The notes under the pieces are model-generated. The model did not search any database and was not told the DNA's origin. It was given only the letters and a program-made list of their open reading frames with translations. A DNA stretch of 64,000 bases from Candidatus Sumerlaeota bacterium (GTDB taxonomy: Bacteria > Bacillota > SLNR01). The DNA lies in contig SLNR01000060.1 of the NCBI GenBank assembly GCA_007132905.1, positions 1,442 through 65,441 on the forward strand, in the 5' to 3' direction. Of the stretch, positions 49,258 through 59,238 are shown piece after piece; within the stretch, counting starts at the first letter, position 1; each line of letters opens with the position of its first letter. The translations under genes and the position numbers were made by a program.

Positions 49258-51051
49258 ATGGAAAGGATTCGTTCCCAGGTTTTGGTCTGCGCCGGTGCAG
49301 GATGTATATCCTCAGGCTGCAAAGCGGTCCAAAGTGCGTTACTGGATGAACTGAAAAATCTTGGCATTGATGAAGAAGTAAAAGTAGTGGAGACAGGCTG
49401 TATGGGCCCCTGTGATCTAGGGCCGATTGTAGTTGTGTATCCTGAAGGGATCTTCTACTCCCAGCTGACACCCGAAGATGCTCGAGAAATTGCAAGAGAA
49501 CATCTTAACAAGGGTAGAATCGTACAACGTCTTCTTTACCAAGTTCCCGGAGAAGAGGCTCCTTCTCAAGAGCGGGAAGATATCGGATTTTTTGAAAGGC
49601 AGACACGAATCGCTCTGCGCAATACAGGGTCGATCGATCCGGATATTATCGAAGAATACATAGCTCGCAATGGTTATGTAGCGATGGGTAAAGCATTATC
49701 GGAAATGAAGCCGGAAGAAGTCGTGGATACAGTGAAAAAATCAGGCCTGCGCGGAAGGGGCGGCGGCGGATTTCCCGCGGGCCTCAAATGGGAGTTTACT
49801 GCCAAAGCGCAGGGATCTCCAAAATACATTGTTTGTAATGCGGACGAAGGCGATCCGGGTGCTTTTATGGATCGAAGTGTTTTAGAAGGAGACCCACACA
49901 GCATTATTGAATCAATGGTGATCGCCGGCTACGCAGTAGGATCAAACCAGGGTTATGTGTATGTTCGTGCCGAGTATCCATTGGCCATCCGGCGTTTGGA
50001 TCATGCGATCAATCAGGCTCGTGATTTTGGATTGTTAGGAGAAAACATTTTCGGTTCCGGATTTAATTTTGACATGGAGATTCGAATAGGAGCCGGAGCT
50101 TTTGTCTGCGGAGAAGAGACAGCTTTGCTTCGTTCTATTGAAGGCAAACGAGGCGAGCCAACTCCAAAACCACCTTTCCCGGCTAATCAGGGGCTGTGGG
50201 GTAAACCAACCCTGATTAACAATGTGGAAACGTTTGCTAATATCCCGCCCATTATCGAAAAGGGTTGGGAATGGTTTAGTGAAATTGGTACTGAAAAGAG
50301 TAAAGGAACAAAGGTATTTGCACTGGCAGGAAAAGTGGCCACCTCCGGTTTGGTCGAGGTAGCCATGGGAACCACTCTTCGTGAAGTGGTGTATGATCTA
50401 GGCGGAGGAATTCCCGGCGGGAAAGCTTTTAAGGCTGCACAGACAGGCGGCCCTTCCGGTGGATGTCTGACAGCGAAGCATCTTGATACTCCGATGGATT
50501 ATGAATCGTTAATCTCAGCAGGCTCAATGATGGGCTCAGGCGGACTCATCGTTATGGATGAGGATACCTGCATGGTGGATGTAGCCAAGTTTTTCCTTGA
50601 GTTTACCGTAGATGAATCATGCGGTAAGTGTCCTCCTTGTCGTATCGGGACAAAAAGAATGCATGAAATCCTTACCCGAATCACCGAGGGAGAAGGGCAA
50701 GACGGCGATTTAGAGAAATTAGAAGCTTTGGCCGTGACCGTAAGAAATGCATCGTTGTGCGGTCTGGGCCAAACGGCGCCGAACCCTGTATTAAGTACCA
50801 TCCAATATTTTAGAGATGAGTACGAAGCTCACATTCAGGACAAGAAATGTCCGACAGGAATCTGTCAAGCGCTGATTACCTACCGGGTGATTGACGATAA
50901 ATGCATCGGATGTGGTATGTGCGCGCGGGTTTGCCCTGTTGATGCTGTATCGGGGAGCCAAAAAGAAGTGCACAGCATTGATCCTAAAACATGCATTAAA
51001 TGCGGTGCCTGTTTGGAAAAATGTCCCGTGGATGCTATTGAGAAAGTTTAA
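49258..51051 (+). CDS. hydB: NuoF-like flavoprotein subunit with N-terminal [2Fe-2S] and C-terminal 2x[4Fe-4S] domains (set 1)
   Basis: [15 protein letters not shown] (FMN/NADH site), [10 protein letters not shown] (N3 cluster), C-terminal [12 protein letters not shown] and [12 protein letters not shown]. Confidence 0.9.
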   Translation: MERIRSQVLVCAGAGCISSGCKAVQSALLDELKNLGIDEEVKVVETGCMGPCDLGPIVVVYPEGIFYSQLTPEDAREIAREHLNKGRIVQRLLYQVPGEEAPSQEREDIGFFERQTRIALRNTGSIDPDIIEEYIARNGYVAMGKALSEMKPEEVVDTVKKSGLRGRGGGGFPAGLKWEFTAKAQGSPKYIVCNADEGDPGAFMDRSVLEGDPHSIIESMVIAGYAVGSNQGYVYVRAEYPLAIRRLDHAINQARDFGLLGENIFGSGFNFDMEIRIGAGAFVCGEETALLRSIEGKRGEPTPKPPFPANQGLWGKPTLINNVETFANIPPIIEKGWEWFSEIGTEKSKGTKVFALAGKVATSGLVEVAMGTTLREVVYDLGGGIPGGKAFKAAQTGGPSGGCLTAKHLDTPMDYESLISAGSMMGSGGLIVMDEDTCMVDVAKFFLEFTVDESCGKCPPCRIGTKRMHEILTRITEGEGQDGDLEKLEALAVTVRNASLCGLGQTAPNPVLSTIQYFRDEYEAHIQDKKCPTGICQALITYRVIDDKCIGCGMCARVCPVDAVSGSQKEVHSIDPKTCIKCGACLEKCPVDAIEKV

Positions 51052-51111
51052 TTAATATAAACAAGAAGAAAATGATTTTGAATCTGTCTTAGACAAAAGG
51101 AGTGTGAAATT

Positions 51112-52851
51112 ATGTCAACGGTAACACTAACCATTGACGGTCGTGAGATTCAGGCCGAACAAGGTGATACTGTGCTGGAGACCGCTAAAAAAGCCGGAAT
51201 TCATATCCCCACATTATGTTATCTCGAAGAGATAAATGAAATAGGTGCTTGTCGTGTATGCGTGGTTGAAGTTGAAGGAGGAAAAGCGCTGCAGACTGCC
51301 TGTACTACGCCGGTTGCAGAAGGAATGAAGATTAAAACAGCTTCTCCGGCTGTAAGACATGCACGAAAGATCGTGGTGGAACTGCTTTTATCCGATCATC
51401 CTAGCGACTGCCTAAAATGCATTCGCAATCAAAATTGCGAGTTGCAGTCATTAGCGGATGATCTTGGAATCCGCGAGATTCATTATGAGGGAGAAAGAAA
51501 CCAAAGGCCCATTGACGATTTAAGTGCTTCAGTGGTGAGAGACCCGGAAAAATGCATCAACTGCCGTCGGTGCATTTCGACCTGCAACGATGTTCAGAAT
51601 GTCTACGCTTATGCAATGGCGGAACGGGGATTTAAAAGCACGGTTACTCCCGTTTTTGAAGAGCCTCTGAGTGAAGTAGCCTGCACCAACTGCGGGCAGT
51701 GCATTTTGGCTTGCCCTACCGGTGCTTTGCACGAAAAAGACGAAACCGAAAAAGTTTGGGAGGCCTTGGCCGATCCCGAAAAGCATGTAGTAGTGCAAAC
51801 GGCGCCTTCGGCCCGGGTATCTATCGGTGAAGAGGTAGGCATGGAGCCCGGGTCACTGGTCACGGGTAAATTAGTAGCGGCTTTGCGCAGAATCGGATTC
51901 GATAGGGTGTTTGATACGGATTTCACGGCGGATCTGACCATTTTAGAAGAAGGTCATGAATTCCTTCAAAGATTGGAAGAAGGCGGGACACTCCCGATGA
52001 TCACCTCTTGCAGCCCGGGTTGGGTAAAGTACATCGAACACTTCTATCCCGATTATTTGGATCATCTCTCTACGGCCAAATCACCTCAGCAGATGTTTGG
52101 CACGCTGGCAAAAACATTCTATGCCGAGGAAGCCGGGATTGACCCGAAAAATATTGTCTCTGTATCCATTATGCCTTGTACGGCCAAAAAGTTCGAAGCA
52201 AATCGACCCGAGATGGACGACAGCGAATTTCAAGATGTGGATGTGGTATTGACAAATAGAGAATTAGGTAGAATGTTCAGGGAAGCGGGTGTAAAATTCG
52301 AACCCCTGCCGGACGAGGAATACGATAATCCCTTGGGGATTTCAACAGGAGCCGGACTTATCTTTGGTTCGTCCGGGGGCGTGATGGAAGCAGCTTTGAG
52401 AACGGTTTATGAGGTACTGACGGGCGAGACCCTGGAAAAACTTGATTTTGAAGGGGTGAGAGGTCTTGAGGGAATTAAGGAATGTTCCGTCCTGGTGGGT
52501 GACCTTGAGGTGAAAGTTGCAGTGGCCAACGGACTCGGCAACGCTCACAAGCTGATGGAGTTGATCAGCGAAGGGAAAGCTGATTATCATTTCATAGAGA
52601 TCATGGCTTGTCCGGGCGGGTGCATAGGTGGCGGCGGCCAACCGATTCCGACCAATCAGGAAATCAAAGAGAAAAGGATGGCAGCTATTTACAGCGGTGA
52701 CAAAGGCATGAAAATCAGAAAATCTCACGAAAGTCCAGCCATCAAAGAAATCTATGAGAAATTTCTCGGAGAACCTATCGGGGAAAAATCACATAAATTG
52801 CTGCATACACTTTACACAAAGAGAAGCAAGTTTCCCAAGCTTGAAGAATAA
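51112..52851 (+). CDS. hydA: [FeFe] hydrogenase catalytic subunit, M3 architecture (set 1)
   Basis: N-terminal [2Fe-2S] and [4Fe-4S] domains. H-domain motifs TSCSPGW, MPCTAKKFE and EIMACPGGCIGGGGQP. Confidence 0.92.
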   Translation: MSTVTLTIDGREIQAEQGDTVLETAKKAGIHIPTLCYLEEINEIGACRVCVVEVEGGKALQTACTTPVAEGMKIKTASPAVRHARKIVVELLLSDHPSDCLKCIRNQNCELQSLADDLGIREIHYEGERNQRPIDDLSASVVRDPEKCINCRRCISTCNDVQNVYAYAMAERGFKSTVTPVFEEPLSEVACTNCGQCILACPTGALHEKDETEKVWEALADPEKHVVVQTAPSARVSIGEEVGMEPGSLVTGKLVAALRRIGFDRVFDTDFTADLTILEEGHEFLQRLEEGGTLPMITSCSPGWVKYIEHFYPDYLDHLSTAKSPQQMFGTLAKTFYAEEAGIDPKNIVSVSIMPCTAKKFEANRPEMDDSEFQDVDVVLTNRELGRMFREAGVKFEPLPDEEYDNPLGISTGAGLIFGSSGGVMEAALRTVYEVLTGETLEKLDFEGVRGLEGIKECSVLVGDLEVKVAVANGLGNAHKLMELISEGKADYHFIEIMACPGGCIGGGGQPIPTNQEIKEKRMAAIYSGDKGMKIRKSHESPAIKEIYEKFLGEPIGEKSHKLLHTLYTKRSKFPKLEE

Positions 52852-52866
52852 AACTATATAGCAAGT

Positions 52867-52894
52867 AAAAGGGTGGGATGTATCCTGCCCTTTT
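52867..52894 (+). terminator. hairpin plus T-run after hydA (set 1)
   Basis: GGGTGGGAT/ATCCTGCCC (two G-U pairs) followed by TTTT. Confidence 0.55.
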
Positions 52895-53014
52895 GCATAA
52901 GTGAAATAAACTGAAAATTCCCATTAATCGAATATCGGAAGGGAAAAATGCGATTGTGGCGAATCTTTTAGAAAAATATAAAGGAAGGCCTGTCGTTTTG
53001 AGGAGGTGAAAATA

Positions 53015-53380
53015 ATGAAAACCCTAAAGGATTTAGAAGAACTCAGAAAAAAGGCGCAGGAATCGACTCGCTTAAGAGAAAGCAGCGAGGGCACAAAAAT
53101 AGTTGTGGGGATGGGCACTTGCGGTATTGCGGCCGGGGCACGGGATACAATGTCCGCGGTGATGGACGAAATCTCCAAAAGAGACATAGAAGATGTTTCC
53201 ATAACACAAACAGGTTGTGTGGGCATGTGTGAGCAAGAACCTATTGTAGAAGTGGCTCGCCCCGGCCTGCCCAAGGTAACTTACGGGCATATCGATGCCG
53301 AAAAAGCCAGGAAAATCATTGCCCAGCATATTGTTAATGGACAGATTGTCGGCGAATGGGTAATTTCAACCCAAGATTAA
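53015..53380 (+). CDS. thioredoxin-like [2Fe-2S] ferredoxin (HydD-like, set 2)
   Basis: Paralogue of 48814-49176. ATG 53015 lies 8 nt after AGGAGG and gives the matching N-terminus MKTLKDLEEL. Confidence 0.8.
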   Translation: MKTLKDLEELRKKAQESTRLRESSEGTKIVVGMGTCGIAAGARDTMSAVMDEISKRDIEDVSITQTGCVGMCEQEPIVEVARPGLPKVTYGHIDAEKARKIIAQHIVNGQIVGEWVISTQD

Positions 53381-53404
53381 GGAAGGATAGAGGAGGTGAG
53401 TCAT

Positions 53405-53902
53405 ATGGCAGTGACTGAACAACAAGGAACCGAAAGAGATGATGTGAACATGGAGGCGGTAGAAAAAATTATCGCTAAATACAAGAATAGAGTGGGGGAT
53501 CTGCTGCCGGTTTTGCATGAGGTTCAAGAGGAAACGAAATATCTCTCAGAAGATGTATTAGCCGTCGTGGCAGAAAAGATGGACGTCCCGTTGAGCAAAG
53601 TATACGGCGTGGCTACTTTTTATTCTCTTTTCACTGTGAAGCCAAAGGGCGAATACATTATACGTGTGTGTGAAAGCGCTCCCTGCCATATTGTCGGAGC
53701 GCAAGATGTATATGATGCCCTAGAGGAGGAACTGGGTATCAAAGCGGGAGAAAATACGTCCGATGGCAAATTTACTCTGGAATTTGCCAGCTGCATTGGC
53801 GTCTGCGGGGTGGCCCCGGCCATTATGATCAACGAGGAGGTCTATGGCAATCTCACGCCTGAAATGATCCCCGGAATCCTTGATAAATATAGGAAAGAGT
53901 AG
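53405..53902 (+). CDS. hydC: NuoE-like [2Fe-2S] subunit (set 2)
   Basis: VCESAPCH...CIGVCGVAP. ATG 53405 lies 8 nt after AGGAGG. Confidence 0.85.
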   Translation: MAVTEQQGTERDDVNMEAVEKIIAKYKNRVGDLLPVLHEVQEETKYLSEDVLAVVAEKMDVPLSKVYGVATFYSLFTVKPKGEYIIRVCESAPCHIVGAQDVYDALEEELGIKAGENTSDGKFTLEFASCIGVCGVAPAIMINEEVYGNLTPEMIPGILDKYRKE

Positions 53903-53938
53903 ATAAGCGGCTAAGAATCGAGAAAGGGAGGGGTAAGT

Positions 53939-55567
53939 ATGGAATTCTACCGCTCGCACATTTTGGTTTGTGCCGGGACGAACTGTGTACTAAACGGCAG
54001 TAAAATGGTAGAACGAGCTTTCAATAAGGAACTGGAAAAGCGTGATCTTGACAAAGAAATAAAGATTGTCGAAACCGGATGCTTTGGCATCTGCGACCAC
54101 GGTCCTACGATCGTCATCTATCCCGAAGGAGTACTTTATTGTAGGGTGAAAGAAGAAGACGTGCAGGAAATCGTGGAAGAACATATTGTTAAGGGCCGCA
54201 TTGTCGACCGGCTCCTTTATAGAGAAGAGATTGTGCCGAAAGCTAGACAGACGGTACGGGAAGTTGACTATTTTAAAAAACAAGAACGTATCGTTTTGCG
54301 AAATTGCGGAATTATTGATCCGGAGAGCATTGAGGAGTATATTTCCCGCAACGGATACGAAGCACTCGGCAAATGCCTGTCAGAACTTAGCAGAGACGAG
54401 ATTATTGAAGAGATAAAAGAATCAGGTCTTCGCGGCCGGGGAGGAGCCGGATTTCCCACGGGCTTGAAATGGGAGTTTACTAAAAAAGCAGAAGGCGATC
54501 AGAAATATGTGATTTGCAATGCCGATGAAGGGGAACCGGGTACCTTCAAAGACCGACTTATCTTGGAGGGAGATCCCCACAGTGTTATAGAGGCCATGAC
54601 CATTGCCGGTTATGTGATCGGTTCGAATAAAGGAATAGTATATTTGCGAGGGGAATATTCGCTTTCTCTGGAAAGACTGAAACAGGCGACAGATCAAGCC
54701 AGAGAATATGGTCTCTTAGGTGAAAATATATTCGGGACTGAATTTAGTTTTGATATAGAAATAAGAGAGGGCGCCGGTGCGTATGTCTGCGGAGAAGAGA
54801 CAGCTTTAATTGAGTCCATTGAAGGAGACAGAGGTGAACCTCGCTACAAACCTCCTTATCCCACGAACCAGGGATTATGGGGAAAGCCGACGCTGGTTAA
54901 TAATGTAGAAACATTAGCAAACATCTCTCCGATCATCCTGCAGGGTGGCTGCTGGTTTAAGGCCATCGGAACAGAAAACTGCCCGGGCACAAAAGTGTTT
55001 ACCATGACAGGAGATATCAACAATAAAGGGCTTATCGAAGTACCTATGGGAATCACTTTGCGGGAAGTCATCTATGAGATCGGTGGAGGCCTTCCCGGCG
55101 GCAAGAAATTCAAGATGGCACAGACGGGAGGAACCTCCGGAGGATGTATTCCGGCTGAGTATTTAGATTTGCCAATGGATTATGATACTTTGGCTGATGC
55201 CGGAACAGCGTTGGGATCGGGAGCTTTGTTGATTATGGATGAAACCCATTGTATTGTTGACATCACAAAATGTTTCATGCAATTTTTTAAACATGAATCA
55301 TGCGGTAAATGTACCCCCTGTCGGGAAGGCACACTGCGCATGAAGCAGCTCCTTGATAAAATCTCCAGGGGTGAAGGGGAGCAAAATGATATCAAAGTGA
55401 TTGAAGCCTTATCGCGCACAATGATATCTTCTGCTTTATGCGGTCTTGGGCAGGCGGCCCCCAATCCGGTTATGACGACGCTGAAATTCTATCGCGATGA
55501 ATATGATGCTCATATAAATAACCGGACCTGTCCAACCGGTGGGTGCGAGCTTGTACAGCAAGCATAA
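53939..55567 (+). CDS. hydB: NuoF-like flavoprotein subunit lacking the C-terminal 2x[4Fe-4S] domain (set 2)
   Basis: GRGGAGFPTGLKWEF and ESCGKCTPCR are present. It ends at ...CPTGGCELVQQA, where the set-1 paralogue continues for about 65 aa. Confidence 0.9.
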   Translation: MEFYRSHILVCAGTNCVLNGSKMVERAFNKELEKRDLDKEIKIVETGCFGICDHGPTIVIYPEGVLYCRVKEEDVQEIVEEHIVKGRIVDRLLYREEIVPKARQTVREVDYFKKQERIVLRNCGIIDPESIEEYISRNGYEALGKCLSELSRDEIIEEIKESGLRGRGGAGFPTGLKWEFTKKAEGDQKYVICNADEGEPGTFKDRLILEGDPHSVIEAMTIAGYVIGSNKGIVYLRGEYSLSLERLKQATDQAREYGLLGENIFGTEFSFDIEIREGAGAYVCGEETALIESIEGDRGEPRYKPPYPTNQGLWGKPTLVNNVETLANISPIILQGGCWFKAIGTENCPGTKVFTMTGDINNKGLIEVPMGITLREVIYEIGGGLPGGKKFKMAQTGGTSGGCIPAEYLDLPMDYDTLADAGTALGSGALLIMDETHCIVDITKCFMQFFKHESCGKCTPCREGTLRMKQLLDKISRGEGEQNDIKVIEALSRTMISSALCGLGQAAPNPVMTTLKFYRDEYDAHINNRTCPTGGCELVQQA

Positions 55568-55599
55568 CTGAAGAAATTTGAGCAAAGGAGTGTAGATAG

Positions 55600-57330
55600 A
55601 TGGACATGGTAACCTTGACGATTGACGGTCAACAGGTGCAGATGCCGCAAGATTCGACTATTTTAGATGCGGCCGAAAAAGTCGGTGTTCACATTCCGAC
55701 GCTTTGTCACCATCCTGACCAAAGCATCAAAGCGGTCTGCCGGGTTTGTGTTGTTGAGGTGGAAGGCAGCCCTCTTCTTCAGCCTGCTTGCGCCTTTCCC
55801 GTTGCAGAGGGGATGGTTGTAAAAACAAGTACGCCCGCCGTTCGAGAAGCAAGAAGAGTGGTTGTGGAATTAATGCTGTCGAGACATCCGGAAGACTGCT
55901 TACAATGTGAAAGAAATTTAAATTGCGAACTGCAGGAAGTTGCTGAAAATTTGGGGATCCGGAAGGTTCGTTTTGATCATGAGGATCGAAACATCCCATT
56001 AGATGAATCAACTCCTTCTATGGTAAGAGATATGGATAAATGCATTCTCTGTCGGCGCTGTGTGACAGTATGCGATGAGACGCAAGCTGCCAATGTGTTG
56101 TACCCGATTAATAGAGGATCGGACACGATGATTTCCACCGCAGTTGAAGATGATCTGATGGAAGTGTCTTGTGCTTTATGCGGTCAGTGCATCAATGTTT
56201 GTCCCACGGGTGCCATTCGAGAAAAAGATGATACCAATATGGTATGGGAAGCGTTAGCTGATCCGGATAAGCACGTGGTTGTGCAGACAGCACCGGCCAT
56301 TCGAGTGAGTATCGCCGAAGAAATGGATATTTTGCCTGGCGAGGCGACAGTAGGGAAAATGGTCTCAAGCCTAAGAAGACTAGGGTTTGACAAGGTTTTC
56401 GATACGAATTTCACAGCGGATCTGACGATCATAGAGGAAGGGCACGAATTTTTGGAGCGTCTGGAAAAAGGCAAAACGATGCCAATGATTACCTCCTGCA
56501 GTCCGGGATGGATTAAGTATATTGAGCATTTTTACCCGGACATGCTCGCGAATTTATCTACTTGCAAATCTCCTCAACAGATGTTTGGGGCTTTGGCAAA
56601 AACGTTCTATGCCGAAAAAGAGGGTATTGATCCAAAAGACATCTACTCGGTGTCCATTATGCCCTGCACTGCCAAAAAGTTTGAGGCGACCCGTTCTGAG
56701 ATGGCGGACAGCGGCTACCAAGATGTGGACGCAGTACTGACTACTCGGGAATTGGGCCGCATGATGCGGGAAGCAGGCATTCAATTTGAGGAATTGCCGG
56801 ATGAAAAATTCGATGAGCCCTTCGGAATTACCACCGGCGCGGGGGCGATTTTTGGAAGTACAGGCGGTGTAATGGAAGCGGCTTTGCGAACAGTATATGA
56901 AGTAGTGACAGGCGAAGAACTGGAAAAACTCGATTTTGAAGAAGTAAGAGGTTTGGCTGGGATCAAAGAGGCGACCGTTCAAGTGGGAGATCTCCCTGTA
57001 AAAGTTGCAGTCGCTCACGGGCTAGGCAATGCAAAGAAGGCCTTAGACTTGATTGCGGAGGGCAAAGCGGATTTTCAGTTTTTGGAAATCATGGCCTGCC
57101 CTGGAGGGTGCATCGGCGGAGGTGGACAGCCGATACCGACCACGAATGAAATCCGTCAAAAAAGAATTGATGCTTTATACAAGCACGACCAATCTCTGGA
57201 ATTAAGAAAATCCCATGAGAATCCGGCTGTTAAAGCCTTGTATGACGAGTTTTTAGAAGAGCCCTTGGGTGAAAAATCTCATAAGCTACTCCATACTCAC
57301 TATACGAAGAGGGCAAGATACAAAAAATAA
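55600..57330 (+). CDS. hydA: [FeFe] hydrogenase catalytic subunit, M3 architecture (set 2)
   Basis: Same domain order and motifs as 51112-52851 (TSCSPGW, MPCTAKKFE, EIMACPGGCIGGGGQP). Confidence 0.92.
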   Translation: MDMVTLTIDGQQVQMPQDSTILDAAEKVGVHIPTLCHHPDQSIKAVCRVCVVEVEGSPLLQPACAFPVAEGMVVKTSTPAVREARRVVVELMLSRHPEDCLQCERNLNCELQEVAENLGIRKVRFDHEDRNIPLDESTPSMVRDMDKCILCRRCVTVCDETQAANVLYPINRGSDTMISTAVEDDLMEVSCALCGQCINVCPTGAIREKDDTNMVWEALADPDKHVVVQTAPAIRVSIAEEMDILPGEATVGKMVSSLRRLGFDKVFDTNFTADLTIIEEGHEFLERLEKGKTMPMITSCSPGWIKYIEHFYPDMLANLSTCKSPQQMFGALAKTFYAEKEGIDPKDIYSVSIMPCTAKKFEATRSEMADSGYQDVDAVLTTRELGRMMREAGIQFEELPDEKFDEPFGITTGAGAIFGSTGGVMEAALRTVYEVVTGEELEKLDFEEVRGLAGIKEATVQVGDLPVKVAVAHGLGNAKKALDLIAEGKADFQFLEIMACPGGCIGGGGQPIPTTNEIRQKRIDALYKHDQSLELRKSHENPAVKALYDEFLEEPLGEKSHKLLHTHYTKRARYKK

Positions 57331-57339
57331 GAGGAGACA

Positions 57340-57366
57340 GGGCTCCTGAAAAAGGGGCCCTTTTTC
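57340..57366 (+). terminator. intrinsic terminator after hydA (set 2)
   Basis: GGGCTCC/GGGGCCC 7-bp stem (one G-U) followed by T5. Confidence 0.7.
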
Positions 57367-57406
57367 TTACGGAATCAGGATAATACGGATGAATATTTTC
57401 TTTTTA

Positions 57407-57415
57407 TGCTATAAT
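57407..57415 (+). promoter_or_regulatory. extended -10 element TGcTATAAT ahead of the DUF4321-maf-radC-mre genes
   Basis: Read directly. The -35 region (GGATGA) is weak. Confidence 0.4.
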
Positions 57416-57475
57416 AAGGCTATGCAAATAAGTCTCATTATGAATGAGAGCTGTTTGGAAGGAGAAGGTAGCCAA

Positions 57476-57721
57476 ATGAAGAAAGTGCAAGGAGGGATGG
57501 TTCTTTTTCTTTATCTGCTAGTCGGTGGATTCATCGGCAGTGTATTGGGAGAGGTGTTAAGTTCTGTGATTCCCATTTTAAAAGAAGGCATTTCCCTGGG
57601 ATTAAACCCTCCGGCTCAGCTAAATCTTTGGTTTTTAGGGATTACTTTCGGGTTTTATATTAAACTTAACCTGGCCGGTGCTTTGGGTATGGCCGTTGCG
57701 CTTGTCTCTTGGCGGAGATAG
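57476..57721 (+). CDS. DUF4321-type small membrane protein
   Basis: 81 aa; GGFIGSVLGEVL...GFYIKLNLAGALG; typical position in front of maf in Clostridia. ATG after GGAGAAGG. Confidence 0.65.
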   Translation: MKKVQGGMVLFLYLLVGGFIGSVLGEVLSSVIPILKEGISLGLNPPAQLNLWFLGITFGFYIKLNLAGALGMAVALVSWRR

Positions 57722-57810
57722 TTTTTTACACAAGGCAGGTTTTTAGAAAACGGTAGTTGAGCTATACTGATATGCGGGCAGGAATAGAACTTAAAATCGG
57801 GGTGTGGTCA

Positions 57811-58383
57811 ATGAAGCAAATCATTCTTGCCTCAAAATCACCACGCCGGCATGAGCTTCTCAAGCAGATCGGAATTAAGCATCAACTTGCTGACAGCCAT
57901 TTTGATGAATCGTCTGTTGAAATGGATTCACCAGAAAAAACAGCCGCTGTGCTGGCAGTGAACAAAGCTAGAAAAATTGCCCGCCTAAACCCTGATGATC
58001 TGGTTATCGGGGCGGACACGCTGGTAATATTTCAAGATAAAATCCTCGGCAAGCCTCGAGATTATGAGGAAGCTTATCATATGCTGTCCAATCTTAGCGG
58101 ACAAACTCACTGCGTTATAACAGGACTGGCCTTAGTTTCCATTAACCCCCCAAAAGAATTGACCTGCTGCGAAAAAACAAAGGTCACGTTTCGTGACCTT
58201 GAAAAACAAGAAATTGAGAGTTACCTAGATTCAGGAGAAGCTTGGGACAAAGCCGGTGCTTATGGGATTCAAGGGAAAGCAGCGACGTTTGCTAAAAAAG
58301 TGGAAGGATGTTATTTTAATGTGGTGGGCCTTCCCTTGGCCCGCTTCGTCATGATGCTAAAAGAGTGGGATATTCGAATCTGA
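57811..58383 (+). CDS. maf: Maf-family nucleoside-triphosphate pyrophosphatase
   Basis: ILASKSPRR, GADT, KAGAYGIQG and VVGLPL motifs. Confidence 0.92.
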   Translation: MKQIILASKSPRRHELLKQIGIKHQLADSHFDESSVEMDSPEKTAAVLAVNKARKIARLNPDDLVIGADTLVIFQDKILGKPRDYEEAYHMLSNLSGQTHCVITGLALVSINPPKELTCCEKTKVTFRDLEKQEIESYLDSGEAWDKAGAYGIQGKAATFAKKVEGCYFNVVGLPLARFVMMLKEWDIRI

Positions 58384-58502
58384 TGATCTAGATTACCAAA
58401 GAGAGGAGTGCCGCCGACAAATCAAATCTCGCTGCTAAAAAAGACACTTGTACGAATCGACTTACCAATCAATGCAGAATACAATGAAGAGCGAGGTAGA
58501 AT

Positions 58503-59225
58503 ATGAAAACTAAAAAATACTATCATATAACTTTAAAAGACATGAAAGTGGATGACAGACCCCGGGAGAGGCTGATGCGGTTTGGTCCTGGGGTATTGGC
58601 GGATTACGAACTGCTAGCCATTATTCTTCAATCAGGAACGAGAAAAGAATCTGTGCTGGAATTGTCCAAGAGGGTTTTGGGTCGTCCCGGGATGGTTGAT
58701 GGATCCGGGCAGAGGAGATGGAGATCGTTGTCTGAAGCGACGGTGGAAGAATTATGTTTGATCAGAGGAATTGGAAAAGCCAAAGCTATTCAAATCAAAG
58801 CGGCTTTGGAAATGGGGAAGCGACTATCAGGAGAAGAATCATCTAAGCCTTCCATTATTCGATGTCCTGAGGATGCAAGTCAGTTGGTTATGAATGATAT
58901 GCGTTTTCTGGATCGAGAACATTTTCGCATTTTACTTTTGAACACCAAAAATCACGTGTTGGGCATAGAATCTGTTTCGGTGGGAAATCTAAATACAACG
59001 ATTGTCCATCCTCGGGAGATTTTCAAATCTTCCATCAGGCGAAGTGCAGCTGCGGTTATTCTGGTTCATAACCATCCAAGCGGCGATCCAGAACCTAGCA
59101 AAGAAGATTGCGAGATCACCAAGCGTCTTTGCGATGCCGGGGAGCTATTAGGCATTAAAGTATTGGATCATATAATCGTAGGCGATCGAAAATTTGTAAG
59201 TTTAAAGGAACGGCAGCTAATGTAA
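58503..59225 (+). CDS. radC: RadC-family JAB/MPN domain protein
   Basis: N-terminal HhH region and JAMM motif [11 protein letters not shown]. Confidence 0.9.
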   Translation: MKTKKYYHITLKDMKVDDRPRERLMRFGPGVLADYELLAIILQSGTRKESVLELSKRVLGRPGMVDGSGQRRWRSLSEATVEELCLIRGIGKAKAIQIKAALEMGKRLSGEESSKPSIIRCPEDASQLVMNDMRFLDREHFRILLLNTKNHVLGIESVSVGNLNTTIVHPREIFKSSIRRSAAAVILVHNHPSGDPEPSKEDCEITKRLCDAGELLGIKVLDHIIVGDRKFVSLKERQLM

Positions 59226-59238
59226 AGGAGGAAACAAG

